Origin: Balanoglossus misakiensis
Lineage: Eukaryota; Animalia; Hemichordata
Assembly: GCA_040954595.2 (NCBI GenBank)
Contig: CM082584.2
Location: 2,821,344-2,885,343, forward strand
Direction: 5' to 3'
DNA: 64,000 bases
Position numbers and translations under genes: made by a program. A model generated the notes under the pieces. It saw nothing but the letters and a program-made list of their open reading frames with translations, had not been told where the DNA came from and made no database searches. Every line of letters begins with the position of its first letter. Position 1 is the stretch's first letter. Positions 39,065 to 51,284 of this stretch are shown in pieces.

Positions 39065-41859
39065 TTAAACAGGCATAATTTTGAATGGTAAAGCCAAACT
39101 GATTCAAATTTTAAAATCAAGATGGCCACCATTCAATGTGTATTGAGAAAATTTGAAGTATTTTTATTTTTGAGAAAGCAATTTTTTTTCTGTTTTCAAA
39201 GTGACTCTTCCCACATTTTAATACTAAAAATATAAAGATATGTCGACCACCTAAATAGCATGTCTGCAAAATGTGAATGGTGATGTCTGTATTAGTTTAT
39301 AATTCAAAATTAAGAAAATAGTTTCTCAATCCTAATATGAATGATCTTGAAGTGACAACTTGTGTACATAGAAAAAAGATGTTGAGAGTGTGTTCAATGT
39401 AATTGAAAGCAAGAAGTGTATGACAACCTCTCTTAAATTGCATATTCTTGGTTAGTCATTTGCTTTTGGGAAATAGTACACATCAAAACTGAAGTCCAGA
39501 ACATTACACAAAATCATTGTGAACATGTTCTTAACAAGTGTTTCAGATTTCTGCTTAAACTTATTGGAATTATTGTTAGTGCAATTTGAAACAAACTAAC
39601 TCTTTACAAACTAATTTGGCTTTACAAATCAGAGACATTGTATACTGACAGGATATGTATGTTTCAGCTTTTTTGGCTCAAAATGAACATCTGCAAAACA
39701 TAAAGTGAATTTCCTAAATCTGTCAACAAACAAAAGTAATGTTTCTACTGAAGATATTGATGATCAGGATTAAAAATATTACTGTACAGCTTTTTGGTGA
39801 AAACAATAATTTGAATAAAAAATGTTGCAACAAATCACAAAAATCACTAGAATTTAAAAAAAAATCAACTTTATTTTGCTATAATGGTCATTGATGTCAT
39901 TAGCTGCAGTTTGCAAACTCAACATGACAATTTCTTAGTTGTCACTTTCTCATAATTGTAATTGACTCACTTTATTTGCATGTGTCTCCATCCTGTGAAG
40001 CTGACATGACATCATGTTCCTTAGAGTGATTTAATTTGTAATTAACCATTACATACACTTCAAATAGGTCAGTATCTGCAGGATGGTCTTGTACTGTATT
40101 TGGGTAATTAACTTTCTGTTATCTCATGCTAGATCTATGTCACAGATTCCATTCATTTATCTTTAGTTGTGCCACCTGTTGGTAGCTGTTTCTGCAATCA
40201 CCATCTCCTCGTTGTACAGCCTGGTTATTGAGAAGACAGTAATGGTGGAGGGTGGTTTGGTGTATTGGCTTTGATTTCTCTGCAGGGCTTATAACAGTAT
40301 GTGTGTACGGAACCTTTTCCTTGCACACACACATTACGTTACTCAGTTAAATTTCTCAGACATTGCAACAAGTTCCATGGAAATACTGCCATCGTTTGCC
40401 ATACTAATCAGAAATTGATATACTGACGTCACAATGGTCTGCTTCAGAGATGTTGATGTCATCATCTTAAGATGACATCATGATGATCAGCTGACACACC
40501 AAGTTTTCGGAACATCTCATGTATTTCTTCTCTGGCAGCGAAGACATCACAACTTTCTTGCTCAAGAATTTTAACCAGGTTGGAAAAATTGCTCTTACAG
40601 AATTTCTTATCTGCAGTTGGCTGTTGGCCTGCACGTTGTTGTCATCCACAGCCCTTGGACCAAACAGATAAAGCATGTTGTGTGGGGGATTGAATCAATG
40701 CACTGTATTGCCATGAATCCACCTCCATGCGAGGGATCCCCATCAAGTCTGCCATAGCCCTGTAGTCATTGCCGGATAAACGGATGATATCCATGATATT
40801 AGAAAATATCTTGAGGGCATCCTTCAGCATCCACTTGACATCACTTTCATATCCACTGTGTCGGAGGATGGTTGTATCATACCCAGCACAAAGCAAGTCA
40901 GTAGCTGCTTCTGAAATCACCATCTCCTCGTTGTACACCTTCTCATTCCTCTCTTCTGCTTCCCGAATTTGCTTCAATGTATAGAATGTGACATCTTCAA
41001 GGTTGCGATGGTTTCGAAGAGAATCTGAACTCAACACGTGGATGTCAAGTCTTGTACCAGGACAGCAGATCTCTAACACTTCATAGACAATATCAGTTAT
41101 TGTCTCTAATAATTTCTAGCATTCGCCGATTTCCTCTTCTTTCTCTGCTCTAACACAAACATGGATAGCTCTCCAACTTTTTGTCATATACACCAAGCCT
41201 TCTGCATTGTGACACACTTTGATGCCATTTTTCCATATACCACTTGTCCGTCGGTTGATCTTTCGGAAATGGCGTTCTATTCGGGCGTGAAGTCAGGGGA
41301 AAAATCCTGGCGAGAAACTATCAGCATCATCTCTGCATTGGAACCGTCTACCATAGTAAATCTTCTTAGTAGCATCCTGTTTCCACTGATTTGCAGGCAT
41401 ATCTGTGTCCAACAACCCAGGTATTACATACCCAGTTACAGTATTGGATTCAGAAATGACCTCGTAGAGAAGGTCAAACTCTTTGAGAAGATTTATCAGC
41501 AAATCAATATCTGCCAGACCATGGAAAACTTCCTCAATTTCGCTTCTCATATGTAAGGACTTCCGCGGCAAGCGGTTTGCAAACTGCTCAAATACTTCAG
41601 GAGCCAGCATGGGACCGAATATTCTAGAACATAACCATTGGGGATCAAGAACAATGACGACATCTGAATCTGGTAGGGTACTCTCGATTTGGAGCATCTG
41701 TGAATAAACAATGGGGAAAAATACTTATGTTTTGAGACATTTATTCAAATGAAATTGTGCATATACATATACCACACACACACGACACTGCTGCAACAGT
41801 GCACGCCAAGCAAGGAATGATGCTGCCCGGGAAACTTTCCCTCCGGCGCGCTTACTTAA

Positions 41860-42210
41860 AGGGACAAAGTCTCTCTCACTGCCCTTTTTCCACTAATTAT
41901 GTTTGATACAAGACACTGTTTATGTTAATGTACATGTGGATATATAGTAAATCTACATTCGACCACACACAACTTCCATCCCACTTGTAAGATATGAGAG
42001 TAAAAATTCGCCCAAAATGAATAAATGGTAAAGAACGATTATTCATTTTGGCGAGTTTTTTCACTCTCCTGTCTATAAGAGGGATGGAAGTTGTGTGTGG
42101 TTGAACGTTGATTCACTATACATGTATATCCACATGTAGAATAACAAACGGTGTCTTGTATCAAACATAATTAATGGAAAAAAAGGCAGCTAGAGAGAGA
42201 CTTTGTCCCT
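41860..42210. mobile_element. Kolobok-like palindromic MITE
   Basis: TTAA|AGGGACAAAGTCTCTCTC...GAGAGACTTTGTCCCT|TTAA; almost wholly self-complementary. Confidence 0.9.
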
Positions 42211-42849
42211 TTAAGGTCTACGATGACGTCTGGACACCTACTGTCCCATCATTGCGCCAAAAATCATGTCCAATCAGAGCTCTCAGCAAGAAAATTACGA
42301 AATTGGACCGGGACATAATGATCTAAAATAGCTTGCCACAGTCGCGCATTCGCTACTTCCGGGTATGGATTCCTTCCGCCGCCATGTTAGAACACGGTAC
42401 ATACACACACTCAGTAAACAGGCGTTCGCAATTTTTCCGGACCTTGAGCAGACTAAAAATACGCAAATTTCGATAAAACAATAATCAACTCAACGATTTA
42501 TGTCTATTTTCGATTTTTAAAAACCGGCACTTAGACGCGGGGCAGTGTTGAAAATCACGGAAAAATCGTGAAAGTCCGTACGGGCACACCACTCGAAACG
42601 CATATAACCTAATTCTTTGGACTAACAATGGCGTGAAATATGATAGAAACAGCAACTTACCGGGTATACGTCAGTTTCGGGATGAGAATTATTCTTCTAA
42701 CGCAGTATTAAGCTGGAAAAGTGAGATTATCGGTACCTCGGGAAAAAATCCTAACGGACACATACTTTAGCACGGGGGCGCTGTTCATTTGAAATGATTT
42801 TATGCAAATGCATGTAAATTAGGTACCCTGAAATCAGACTGTACACCAG

Positions 42850-43967
42850 CAATGGAGGACCAGTGTTTACTTGTTTTCTGGATGCTTCAAAAGCTTTTGA
42901 CAGAGTTAATCACTTTAAACTGGTTAACAAGCTCATCGACAGGAATGTTCCCTTGTATGCTGTTCGAATTTTATATTACTGGTACAGAAATCAATTGTTT
43001 ACTGTGTTGTGGGGTAATGAAACCTCAGAGTTGTTTTCTGTTTCTAACGGTGTAAGACAAAGGGGAGTACTCTCTCCCTAACTTTTTAATGTCTACATTG
43101 ATGATCTTATCACTGCACTCTGTAAAGCCAAAGTTGGCTGTACCATGTGTGGTGTCAGCGCTAACACTTTAGGTTACGCTGAGGACATGACTCTACTCAG
43201 TCCAAGTGTTAAGGGTCTACGTCGTCTTCTTAGAATTTGTGAAATTTATGGCAAGGATTATGATATCATTTATAATTCTAGTAAAACTGTGTGCATGCTT
43301 TTTAATGGGAAGAATATGAGAGTTCAAAGAATTCCTTCGGTTAAACTTAATGACATCACTTTGAAGTTTGTACCTGTACACACCTATCTGGGCCATGTAA
43401 TATCTTGTGATGGTTGTGATAATGAAGATATTGAACGACAGAGAAAAGCATTTTGCGTTAGAGCAAACATGCTATTGAGACATTTTCAACATTGTAGTCA
43501 AGATGTGAAGAAAGTTTTATTTTTGGCATATTGTAGTAATATTTACTGTTGCAGTTTGTGGGCATCCTTTAAAGTTAAACCGATGAAAAAATTTAAAACT
43601 ATGTACAATAATGTTTGGAGAAGACTTCTCGGTCTTCCGCCATTTTGCAGTGCATCGGGTATGTTTGCTACAAACCATGTATTGTCACTTGGTGAAGTTT
43701 TTAGACACAATATGTACAGTTTTAAGCGTAGACTCGAAAATTCTTCTAATGTTTTACTTGATGCGATCAGAGCAACTGACAGCATATTTTTCAAACATTG
43801 GCGAAAGCAATTGTATATCATGTAATTTTGCAGAGTTTTTTTTTGTGTGTGTGTCTCAGTTTCAGATTATCCAGAGTATTTTCATTAGTGCTTTTTTTTC
43901 TTCTCTCTTTTGGGTATATGGACTTTTTTTAAAGTCTGAAATAAAGTATTATTATTATTATTATTAA
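42850..43967 (+). mobile_element. 5'-truncated, degraded non-LTR retrotransposon (RT and C-terminus; RTEX/L2-like, clade unresolved)
   Basis: FLDASKAFDRVNH, GVRQRGVLSP* (stop at 43079), YAED (mutated YADD), YLGH; 3' end AATAAA followed by a (TAT)n tail. Confidence 0.9.
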
Positions 43968-44306
43968 GGGTTAAATTTGAATGACACTTATCATGATCAA
44001 ACAAAGAGTGCACATAACGGTTGACACAAGCACACCCCCTGTCAACAAATTTTCCAGCGTTATTTCTGGTTTCTGTATTAGTACTTGCTTTTCATATCCC
44101 ATGGTTTATATGTTCAAGTCAATGATGCCCTCTATTTTTGATGAACCCTGGCATTGAGAGGTTTTAAAGAATTTCTAGAAAACTTTCAGAACTCCTGTTG
44201 GTCTTTGGAAAGGTTTCATCAGTAATTGTTCTGTGATAAACATAATTGCAGTACTGTACTTTCTCCCAAACTTTGCGAGAACATTTTCTTGTAGTATGAC
44301 TTCATA

Positions 44307-44517
44307 CTGTAAAACGGGTTCTTTTCGCGACAGGAAATTTTCGCGATATCAAAAGAAGCAACTGTTATGCATGGATTAATTTTGGCTTTCTCGTATTTCA
44401 CTAACTGCATTGTTATCTAAGAAAAAAAAAATTATGAGACTTTTGTATTTTCACATTTTTGGGGGCTCTCGCATATTTCATGAAAATTTATTGCTCGCGA
44501 AATAACCTGTTTTACAG
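44307..44517. mobile_element. Tc1/mariner-type MITE
   Basis: TA|CTGTAAAACGGGTT...AACCTGTTTTACAG|TA, with a TA TSD. Confidence 0.8.
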
Positions 44518-45699
44518 TATCCTCCATGGATTTCTTAACCTACTGATCAAGTGGGGTAATGTCTTCAGCAATGATTTCTGTAATAAACTTACCTCCCCAA
44601 GGTAGTGAAGGTATCTCGTAGCTTTCTTTAGAAACTCTTCATCAATGAAACGATCCAACTCTTTCACTCTTTCTATATATGTTTTCCATTTGATGACCGG
44701 GAAACTGCTCACAATCCATTTGCTTCTTCCATCAAGTATCTTAGCACACAACTTTGGTATGTATTCTTTTCTCTGTAACATTAACACAGCGACATATACC
44801 AGGTTCATGTGCAGACAGGGTAAAATTCAAAACATTTCATAGACACTTTTTGCCAATAGTAAACACAGAGCATTAATCCTTTCAGTTGCATTGTGTCCAC
44901 ACACACACAGTTTATGTATAGGCGCTGAGGCTCGGCCCCATAGAGAATGGGTTGCGGAGAGGTGTTAATCCTTACACTGGCTCAGGTCTGACCAAAGCCG
45001 TCTCAAATCTGAGACGTTTCAGGACCACTTAAACCATTCACACATGATAATTTACGCCAGTATTTCATCTGAGATGTTTCAAAAACGTCTTAACGATGAC
45101 CCCCATAATACTGTTGTTTGGTGAAATGAACATTCAGAAAAGCAACTTGAACAATACTGGCAACAGTGATATTCACCCTTTACAGACAGAGCCCATTATT
45201 TAAAGTCTTGTTCTCACTAAAAGTTTGGACACCGGTGTTATGCCAGTGCTTACTCTCTGCAAACACAGGGGATTTGTGTATATTTTTTTCCAGACGGAAA
45301 TGTACTTGCCTGCTCACTAAATACATGTAATCAGTTTGTTTCAATGTGGCTCGCTCGCTCGGCCACGGTATGCAAACTTCTCGGTGATGCTGGATTGGAC
45401 AGAAGTCGTAAGATCTGACTAAACAGTTAACCCTTTTCGGACGTATTTAAAAAGAGCCCTAATTACTATCGATTTATTTTCCGGTCTTATGTTTGAATAT
45501 CGATGCTAAAAATGTGCACTTCCTGATTGATCGATCCACTGTGTTATTGTTTACGCTACACCGAGCCGGTTACGACTTGTCCATGTCCGAGCCTAGTTTA
45601 TAGCTATGTACATGTACATGGACATGTACTCACAGTATTTTGAGCTATATGGTCACCTATGCCTAAATTAACCACTGTTACCATGGACAAATCAAACGA

Positions 45700-47643
45700 A
45701 TCCAATACCAGATTTTTGGGTGGTTGGCAAATGCGAAAAGTGCGCCACCACATGGTAATAGGATGGGATATGGATTGGATAAAGCTGTCAAGAACAGGTT
45801 GTATGTGTATCGTCAGATTGTGAATTGTATTGACATGTAACTTGTTTTTTAATGTGTAGATGACATATTTAGGCTAGTTATACTTTGCGAAACAACGAAA
45901 CGGCGAAACAGCGAAACGACGAAACCATTATTAAAATAGGGGCCAGTCATCAAGACGGTGGCGTATGATTTTTTTAAAAGTTTCCAAATTAAAACGTAAG
46001 CGAGCCAAGAAAACTACAGGTCAGATAAATTGTTTTCTCGGAAATTCAACATTAGAAACAAATTTGGCGTTGGAAACAAATGGCGGGTCGCCAGTTCCTG
46101 GACTGCGGCCTGGTACGAGTGGTAGAGTCTTGTGCGCGCAAACGATTCATGCCAAACTACTACATATTACACAGTGAATACGCGCGCGCACAACGAAACC
46201 ACAAAAGATCGAAACCTCAAAATGCGGCAGCAAGGCGGGGAGGCATGAATTGCAATTAAGATAATAAAGAAATTGCGACAATGATACTGTGTTGTGTTGT
46301 GTGAGTTACATGTGTTTCTATATATAACTACTACTTTTTGTCTTACCCCCCAATGCCCCATCAGTGTTTGACCCTCGAAAGCTTACGGACACTACTGCTT
46401 TGTTTCAACTAATCCTTCGCCCTGTGAATATCATCGTCGTAAAACCACGACCTGTTTACGGCAACTGCTACGCGCTACCGCCAACAGGCCGTGGTGGATT
46501 TGGAAGGTTTTCGCGGATCCCAGCGTCAGTTCCAGCAGCCAGACAAAGGAACCAATCAGAGAGCCCGTCTCATAAAACTGCATAACTTATTTAAATGACA
46601 GTGCAAAATGGCGGATTTAAAGCTGACAGCAGCCGAAGAGCTCGCGATATCCAGACTACTGATTGGCTAATTCCAATGTCGTTTCTCATGAATAATTCAT
46701 TAGTCTACGTCCTAAATTCCGGGGTTCCCTACTGTAATCTGCCAGAGCCCGTTTTTTGCGTAGCTCCGCGGAGCGGAAACACGGTCGGCTCTGGCTTGCG
46801 AGAATGTGTGAATATACTTGTACATTGACCTTTTGGGGCTATATAGAAGGTTATATATAGAAACACATGTAACTCACACAACACAGTATCATTGTCGAAA
46901 TTTCTTTATTATCTTAATTGCAATTCATGCCTCCCCCGCCTTTTGGTATTTAAGGAAATAGTGTCAGTTGCTGCCGCATTTTGAGGTTTCGATCTTTTGT
47001 GGTTTCGTTGTGCGCGCGCGTATATTCACTGTGTGTATGTAGCAGTTTGGCATGAATCGTTTGCGCGCACACGACGTCGACTCTACCACTACACAGTACC
47101 AGGCCGCAGACCAGGAACTGGCGACCCGCCGTTTGTTTCCAACGCCAAATTTGATTCTAATGTTGAATTTCCGAGAAAACAATTTATCTGACCTGTTGTT
47201 TTCTTGGCTCGCTTACGTTTTAATTTGGAAACTTTAAAAAAAATCATACGCCACCGTCTTGATGACTGGCCCCTATTTTAATAATGGTTTCGTCGTTTTG
47301 CTGTTTCGCCGTTTCGTTGTTTCGCAAAGTATAACTAGCCCATATTTATGATATTTTCTTGTCTTTCAGTGATGATGGTTCTTGCAAACATGTGATCTGT
47401 TTGATGTTTGCTGTGGCAGACTTTAATGATAGGAGAGTAGATAGGCATACGTCTGTTGGAACTGACAACATGTGTGAATGGTCAAGGCCAAGGAAGGAAT
47501 CTGAGCAAGTTGTAGTCACACACCTTGACTACCGCAAAGACAAAAAGACACCCAAAAAGCCAGGACCTACACCTGAAAACTACAGACCACTAAAGTCATT
47601 GGAGAACACAGATGTAATGAGGATCCGGCAACACATGTGTCTG
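45700..47643 (+). pseudogene. SWIM zinc-finger exons of the ISL2EU accessory (YqaJ-exonuclease-type) gene
   Basis: ...QMRKVRHHMVIGWDMDWIKLSRTGCMCIV (~45730-45816) joins via AG|T to DDGSCKHVICLMF...GTDNMCEWSRPRK (47370-47643), giving CxC-x7-CxH. The donor appears mutated (AT instead of GT). The YqaJ domain itself was not seen. Confidence 0.6.
45872..47340. mobile_element. Non-autonomous DNA transposon with ~460-bp TIRs and 8-bp TSD (MuDR/hAT-like)
   Basis: GGCTAGTTATACTTTGCGAAAC... / ...GTTTCGCAAAGTATAACTAGCC. TSD CATATTTA at 45864-45871 and 47341-47348. Arms at 45872-~46330 and ~46850-47340. Confidence 0.92.
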
Positions 47644-47786
47644 GTATGTTTTCTTGCAATAGTTGTAGATCAATCACTCTGTTTTTTATGGTAACTAATC
47701 ACTTGGACAGAAGTTCGGCACATGATATGATTTATTAACATACAATAAGGCCACAGGCCCATAGAGTAAATAATTTACATGTGAAG

Positions 47787-50700
47787 TCAGCTGAGAGAGA
47801 GGAACTCCTCTCGTGTTTTCATTGCACAATAAATAAAGGATGCTAAATTATTTAAATATGTCACATTTTTGGTTCTCAACAGATATGTAAACTTATCAAA
47901 TGAAGGATTTACATAAAGCCAGTTTGGCAGCATTTCCTTTCGAATGTTAAGATACATTGGACAAATGGAAATAAAATAAAATTCATCTTCAATACAATGA
48001 TTGTTGTTCTTCAAACAAAATTTACAGAGCCTTTCATCTGGGGGAATATTTTCGTGGCGACCTTTCTCGATTTCCAGGGCATGTGAAGAGCAGCGGAATC
48101 TGGATAAAGCATTTCTGAATTTAAGAATATTGATACTACTGAGATATGTTTCTGGTTCGAGCATCGATTTGAATGTGTGATACGTGCGTAACTTTGGAGA
48201 TGAATGTATCCCTTCATACCAGTTCTGCCTGGCGCAATCTTCAAGTCTCTGTGTAAAGACAGATAAAAACAAACTTGTGGAACCGACACCCTGGTTTAAC
48301 CAAACATGGCCAAATCCAAATTGACAAAGTAGGGTTTTGATATTAAAGGCCCAGTTAATTGATGTTATACCACGTTCTTCGGATAATCTACACAACATTA
48401 CATAGCATTTATAAGGATATCTGCTAGAGTCCATCTGCAAAATCTTTAACCAATACTTCACACATCTTTTAAAATACATTACACTTAGTGGAAATCTACC
48501 GCATTCACCAATTGCAGCTAAATCATTTGTTTTTCTGCTTACATTTAAAAGAAATTTACAAAACTGATAATGAACTTGTTCGACCTGAGGAGAGTGCTCC
48601 CAGCCCCAAATTTCGCTGCCATACAAGAGAATTGGAGTGACATAAGTGTCAAAAAGTTTAAAAGAATCGGACAATGACAGTCCACCCAGCCTTCTCAATA
48701 CAGTGTTCAATTGAAACATAGCTTTTCTTCCTTGTGAGGCTTGATTTCTCTTAGTTGGGCTCCAACTAAGTCTGGACGAGAAAACCAAACCTAAATATTT
48801 GTAATATGGAACAACTTCAATTTGTCTGTTACCCAGGAACCATTTTTCGTTATTTTTAAGGGGACCTCCTCTACGGAACACTATAATTTGAGTCTTATTT
48901 AAGTTAACACTTAACCCCCAATGAGAACAAAAACGCTTAAGCTGAACAATTTGTCTCTGGGTGCGAATGGCAACATCCGAACCTTCAGAAATATCGTCTG
49001 CGTACATCAGAATATTGAGGTTCTTGGCTTCCTCATCTATATACACACCTTCGCAACCAAACTTATTTGAATACTCAACAAGATCATTAATGAATAAGGT
49101 GAACAATGTAGGGCTTAGCATACATCCTTGACGTGTTCCAATGGTACACTCAAAATAATCGGTTAAACCGACTGAAGTATTTACACAAGATTGTAAGTTA
49201 CTATACATTGATCTTAAAACAGAAAGAAAATTTCCATGAATGCCATATCTAATCAATTTATCCCACAGTAAGTCATGCTGAATAGAATCAAAGGCCTTTG
49301 AAAAGTCTATGAAAATACAATAAAATCTTCCTTTTCGCACAGTCAAATGTTTTGCTACAATAGCTTGGAGGGTGAAAATATTATCGATGGTACTATAGCC
49401 ATGCCGAAAGCCGGCCTGGGCTTCTGAAATAATTTTATTTTGTTGGCACCATTTTTGCAGACGAAAGTTCAAAGTTTTGGTAAAAACTTTACTAAGTACA
49501 GAAAGCAGGGAAATGCCTCTATAATTATTTACATCACTTAAACTTCCCTTTTTGTGAAGTGGTGCAATAATGGCTTTACTCCAACTGATTGGGAAGCTAC
49601 CATTAGAGAAAATGTTGTTGAATAAGAGATGTAAAACACTGCTTAAACGTGGCCAGCTATACTTAAGTAATTCAATGACAAGACCGTCATGACCAGGTGA
49701 TTTTCCATTTGGCATGCAGCTGATAGCTTTCTCAATTTCCCTCACAGAAATAACTGCATTAAGGTCATGGGGAACATTTTCAAGACAGTCTATACAATGC
49801 TGATCATGAATTTCCATTCTGTCAGCGACTGCTTCATGGAAAGCAGTGTCTGTATTAGCGCAATTTGAACTGTTAAGCAGTGAGCGAAAATGGTTGTGCC
49901 ACTGATCTGTTGAAATAACAACATTAGACGAAACAGTACGTCTCAGATTGCGTAAATACCCCCAAAACTTGATTGGGTCGTTCCTCGCCCCCAACAGTTC
50001 ACGTTTTTGTTTCTGCTGAAACAACAATTTCTTCTGCTTGCAAATGGCTTTAAATTTGTTCTTTGCGATATGATATAAACACAAATCATTATTACTATTC
50101 GTAAGTCTGAATATATTAAGGAGTCTATACTTTTCATTTTTGGCGCGTCCACAGTCTGCATCCCACCAATCTGATTGTGCACGATGACGAGTGCCAGATT
50201 TGTTCTTGACTTTCATTTCTGAGGCCCCATAATCGAAGATGTCACTTATGGTCTGAATAGCTAGATCAGAACTGTCATTTGCAATATGGTCGCACACACT
50301 TGTAAGAAGTTGACACACATGGCGATCTTCCATTTTCAGCTGGAACACGTCTGAGTACGTAGGATTCCATTTGAAGCGTTGCCTAGGTTGAGTATTGCAC
50401 ACAAAATCAATTTTTTCTGGTACAGTGTACTGAATGTCAGTAAATTTACAACAAATAGGAAAATGGTCAGATATATCAATGGGTACACTTGAGAAATCTT
50501 CAACAAGTGAAAACATTTCTGAAGACAAGATTACATAATCTATAACGCTAGCCCCATTGTTTGAAATACAGGTGTAATTGCCTTCTCTGTCACCAGGGAA
50601 GCGTCCATTCACAATATGCAAATCAACTTGTTTACATAGTTCTAACAGCTGCCTTCCAAATAAATTGACACGTTTATCCTTCGAACTACGTGGTAAATCA

Positions 50701-51284
50701 AAGATGTCAGGTTCATAGCCCAGTTGTAAATACACGTCATTGTCTTGTACTATATAATCATGTAAATCACCAGTGCGGGCGTTAAAATCGCCAGCTACTA
50801 TTAAATAAAAATTATTGAACTTGGCATATGCTTCGGCGATGATATGCTCAATGTTTTCAATGCCATCCAGCGAATCATGTAAATATATTGATGAGCTTTC
50901 TGGAGGCACGTATACTGCACACAACAAAACATCTCTATCCAGACCAAAAACAGTTTTATCAAAGATAACCAAAACAGCATTTTTAGAGTGCTTAAGCACT
51001 CTTTTAACGTATGGAGCTAAGTGATCAATAATGAAAATTGATACGCCACCGGAGTGTCTCCCAAAACGACTATGTTTAGCATTAAATGTAGAAAAACATT
51101 TATACCCAACAACTGCATTATCAAATTCACTTTCAAATTTTGCCCAGGTTTCATTTAGACATATTACAGGGTATTTATTTAAAAGTTCTATGAAGTCTGT
51201 ATTCTTCAAGTGTTTGCGTAAGCCTTGAACATTCCATGAGAGAATAGCTAGCGATTTTTTGTGATGGTGGGCCCGGCCAAATTC
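47787..51284 (-). CDS. LINE ORF2: apurinic-like endonuclease + reverse transcriptase + C-terminal Cys motif
   Basis: SWNVQGL, CLNETW, GDFNAR, SVIDY and SDHFP (APE); KSPGHDG, NYRGISLL, FIDFSKAFD, GTRQGCMLSP, YADD and YKYLG (RT); CKFC...EDEFYF..C. Open from directly after the ORF1 TAG with no start ATG. Confidence 0.95.
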   Translation of the reverse strand, partial: EFGRAHHHKKSLAILSWNVQGLRKHLKNTDFIELLNKYPVICLNETWAKFESEFDNAVVGYKCFSTFNAKHSRFGRHSGGVSIFIIDHLAPYVKRVLKHSKNAVLVIFDKTVFGLDRDVLLCAVYVPPESSSIYLHDSLDGIENIEHIIAEAYAKFNNFYLIVAGDFNARTGDLHDYIVQDNDVYLQLGYEPDIFDLPRSSKDKRVNLFGRQLLELCKQVDLHIVNGRFPGDREGNYTCISNNGASVIDYVILSSEMFSLVEDFSSVPIDISDHFPICCKFTDIQYTVPEKIDFVCNTQPRQRFKWNPTYSDVFQLKMEDRHVCQLLTSVCDHIANDSSDLAIQTISDIFDYGASEMKVKNKSGTRHRAQSDWWDADCGRAKNEKYRLLNIFRLTNSNNDLCLYHIAKNKFKAICKQKKLLFQQKQKRELLGARNDPIKFWGYLRNLRRTVSSNVVISTDQWHNHFRSLLNSSNCANTDTAFHEAVADRMEIHDQHCIDCLENVPHDLNAVISVREIEKAISCMPNGKSPGHDGLVIELLKYSWPRLSSVLHLLFNNIFSNGSFPISWSKAIIAPLHKKGSLSDVNNYRGISLLSVLSKVFTKTLNFRLQKWCQQNKIISEAQAGFRHGYSTIDNIFTLQAIVAKHLTVRKGRFYCIFIDFSKAFDSIQHDLLWDKLIRYGIHGNFLSVLRSMYSNLQSCVNTSVGLTDYFECTIGTRQGCMLSPTLFTLFINDLVEYSNKFGCEGVYIDEEAKNLNILMYADDISEGSDVAIRTQRQIVQLKRFCSHWGLSVNLNKTQIIVFRRGGPLKNNEKWFLGNRQIEVVPYYKYLGLVFSSRLSWSPTKRNQASQGRKAMFQLNTVLRRLGGLSLSDSFKLFDTYVTPILLYGSEIWGWEHSPQVEQVHYQFCKFLLNVSRKTNDLAAIGECGRFPLSVMYFKRCVKYWLKILQMDSSRYPYKCYVMLCRLSEERGITSINWAFNIKTLLCQFGFGHVWLNQGVGSTSLFLSVFTQRLEDCARQNWYEGIHSSPKLRTYHTFKSMLEPETYLSSINILKFRNALSRFRCSSHALEIEKGRHENIPPDERLCKFCLKNNNHCIEDEFYFISICPMYLNIRKEMLPNWLYVNPSFDKFTYLLRTKNVTYLNNLASFIYCAMKTREEFLSLS

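Noticed and set aside
45130-45276. Candidate missing ROCO exon after a TTTGCAG acceptor
   Set aside because: The phase-compatible frame stops after ~25 codons and shows no ROC similarity.
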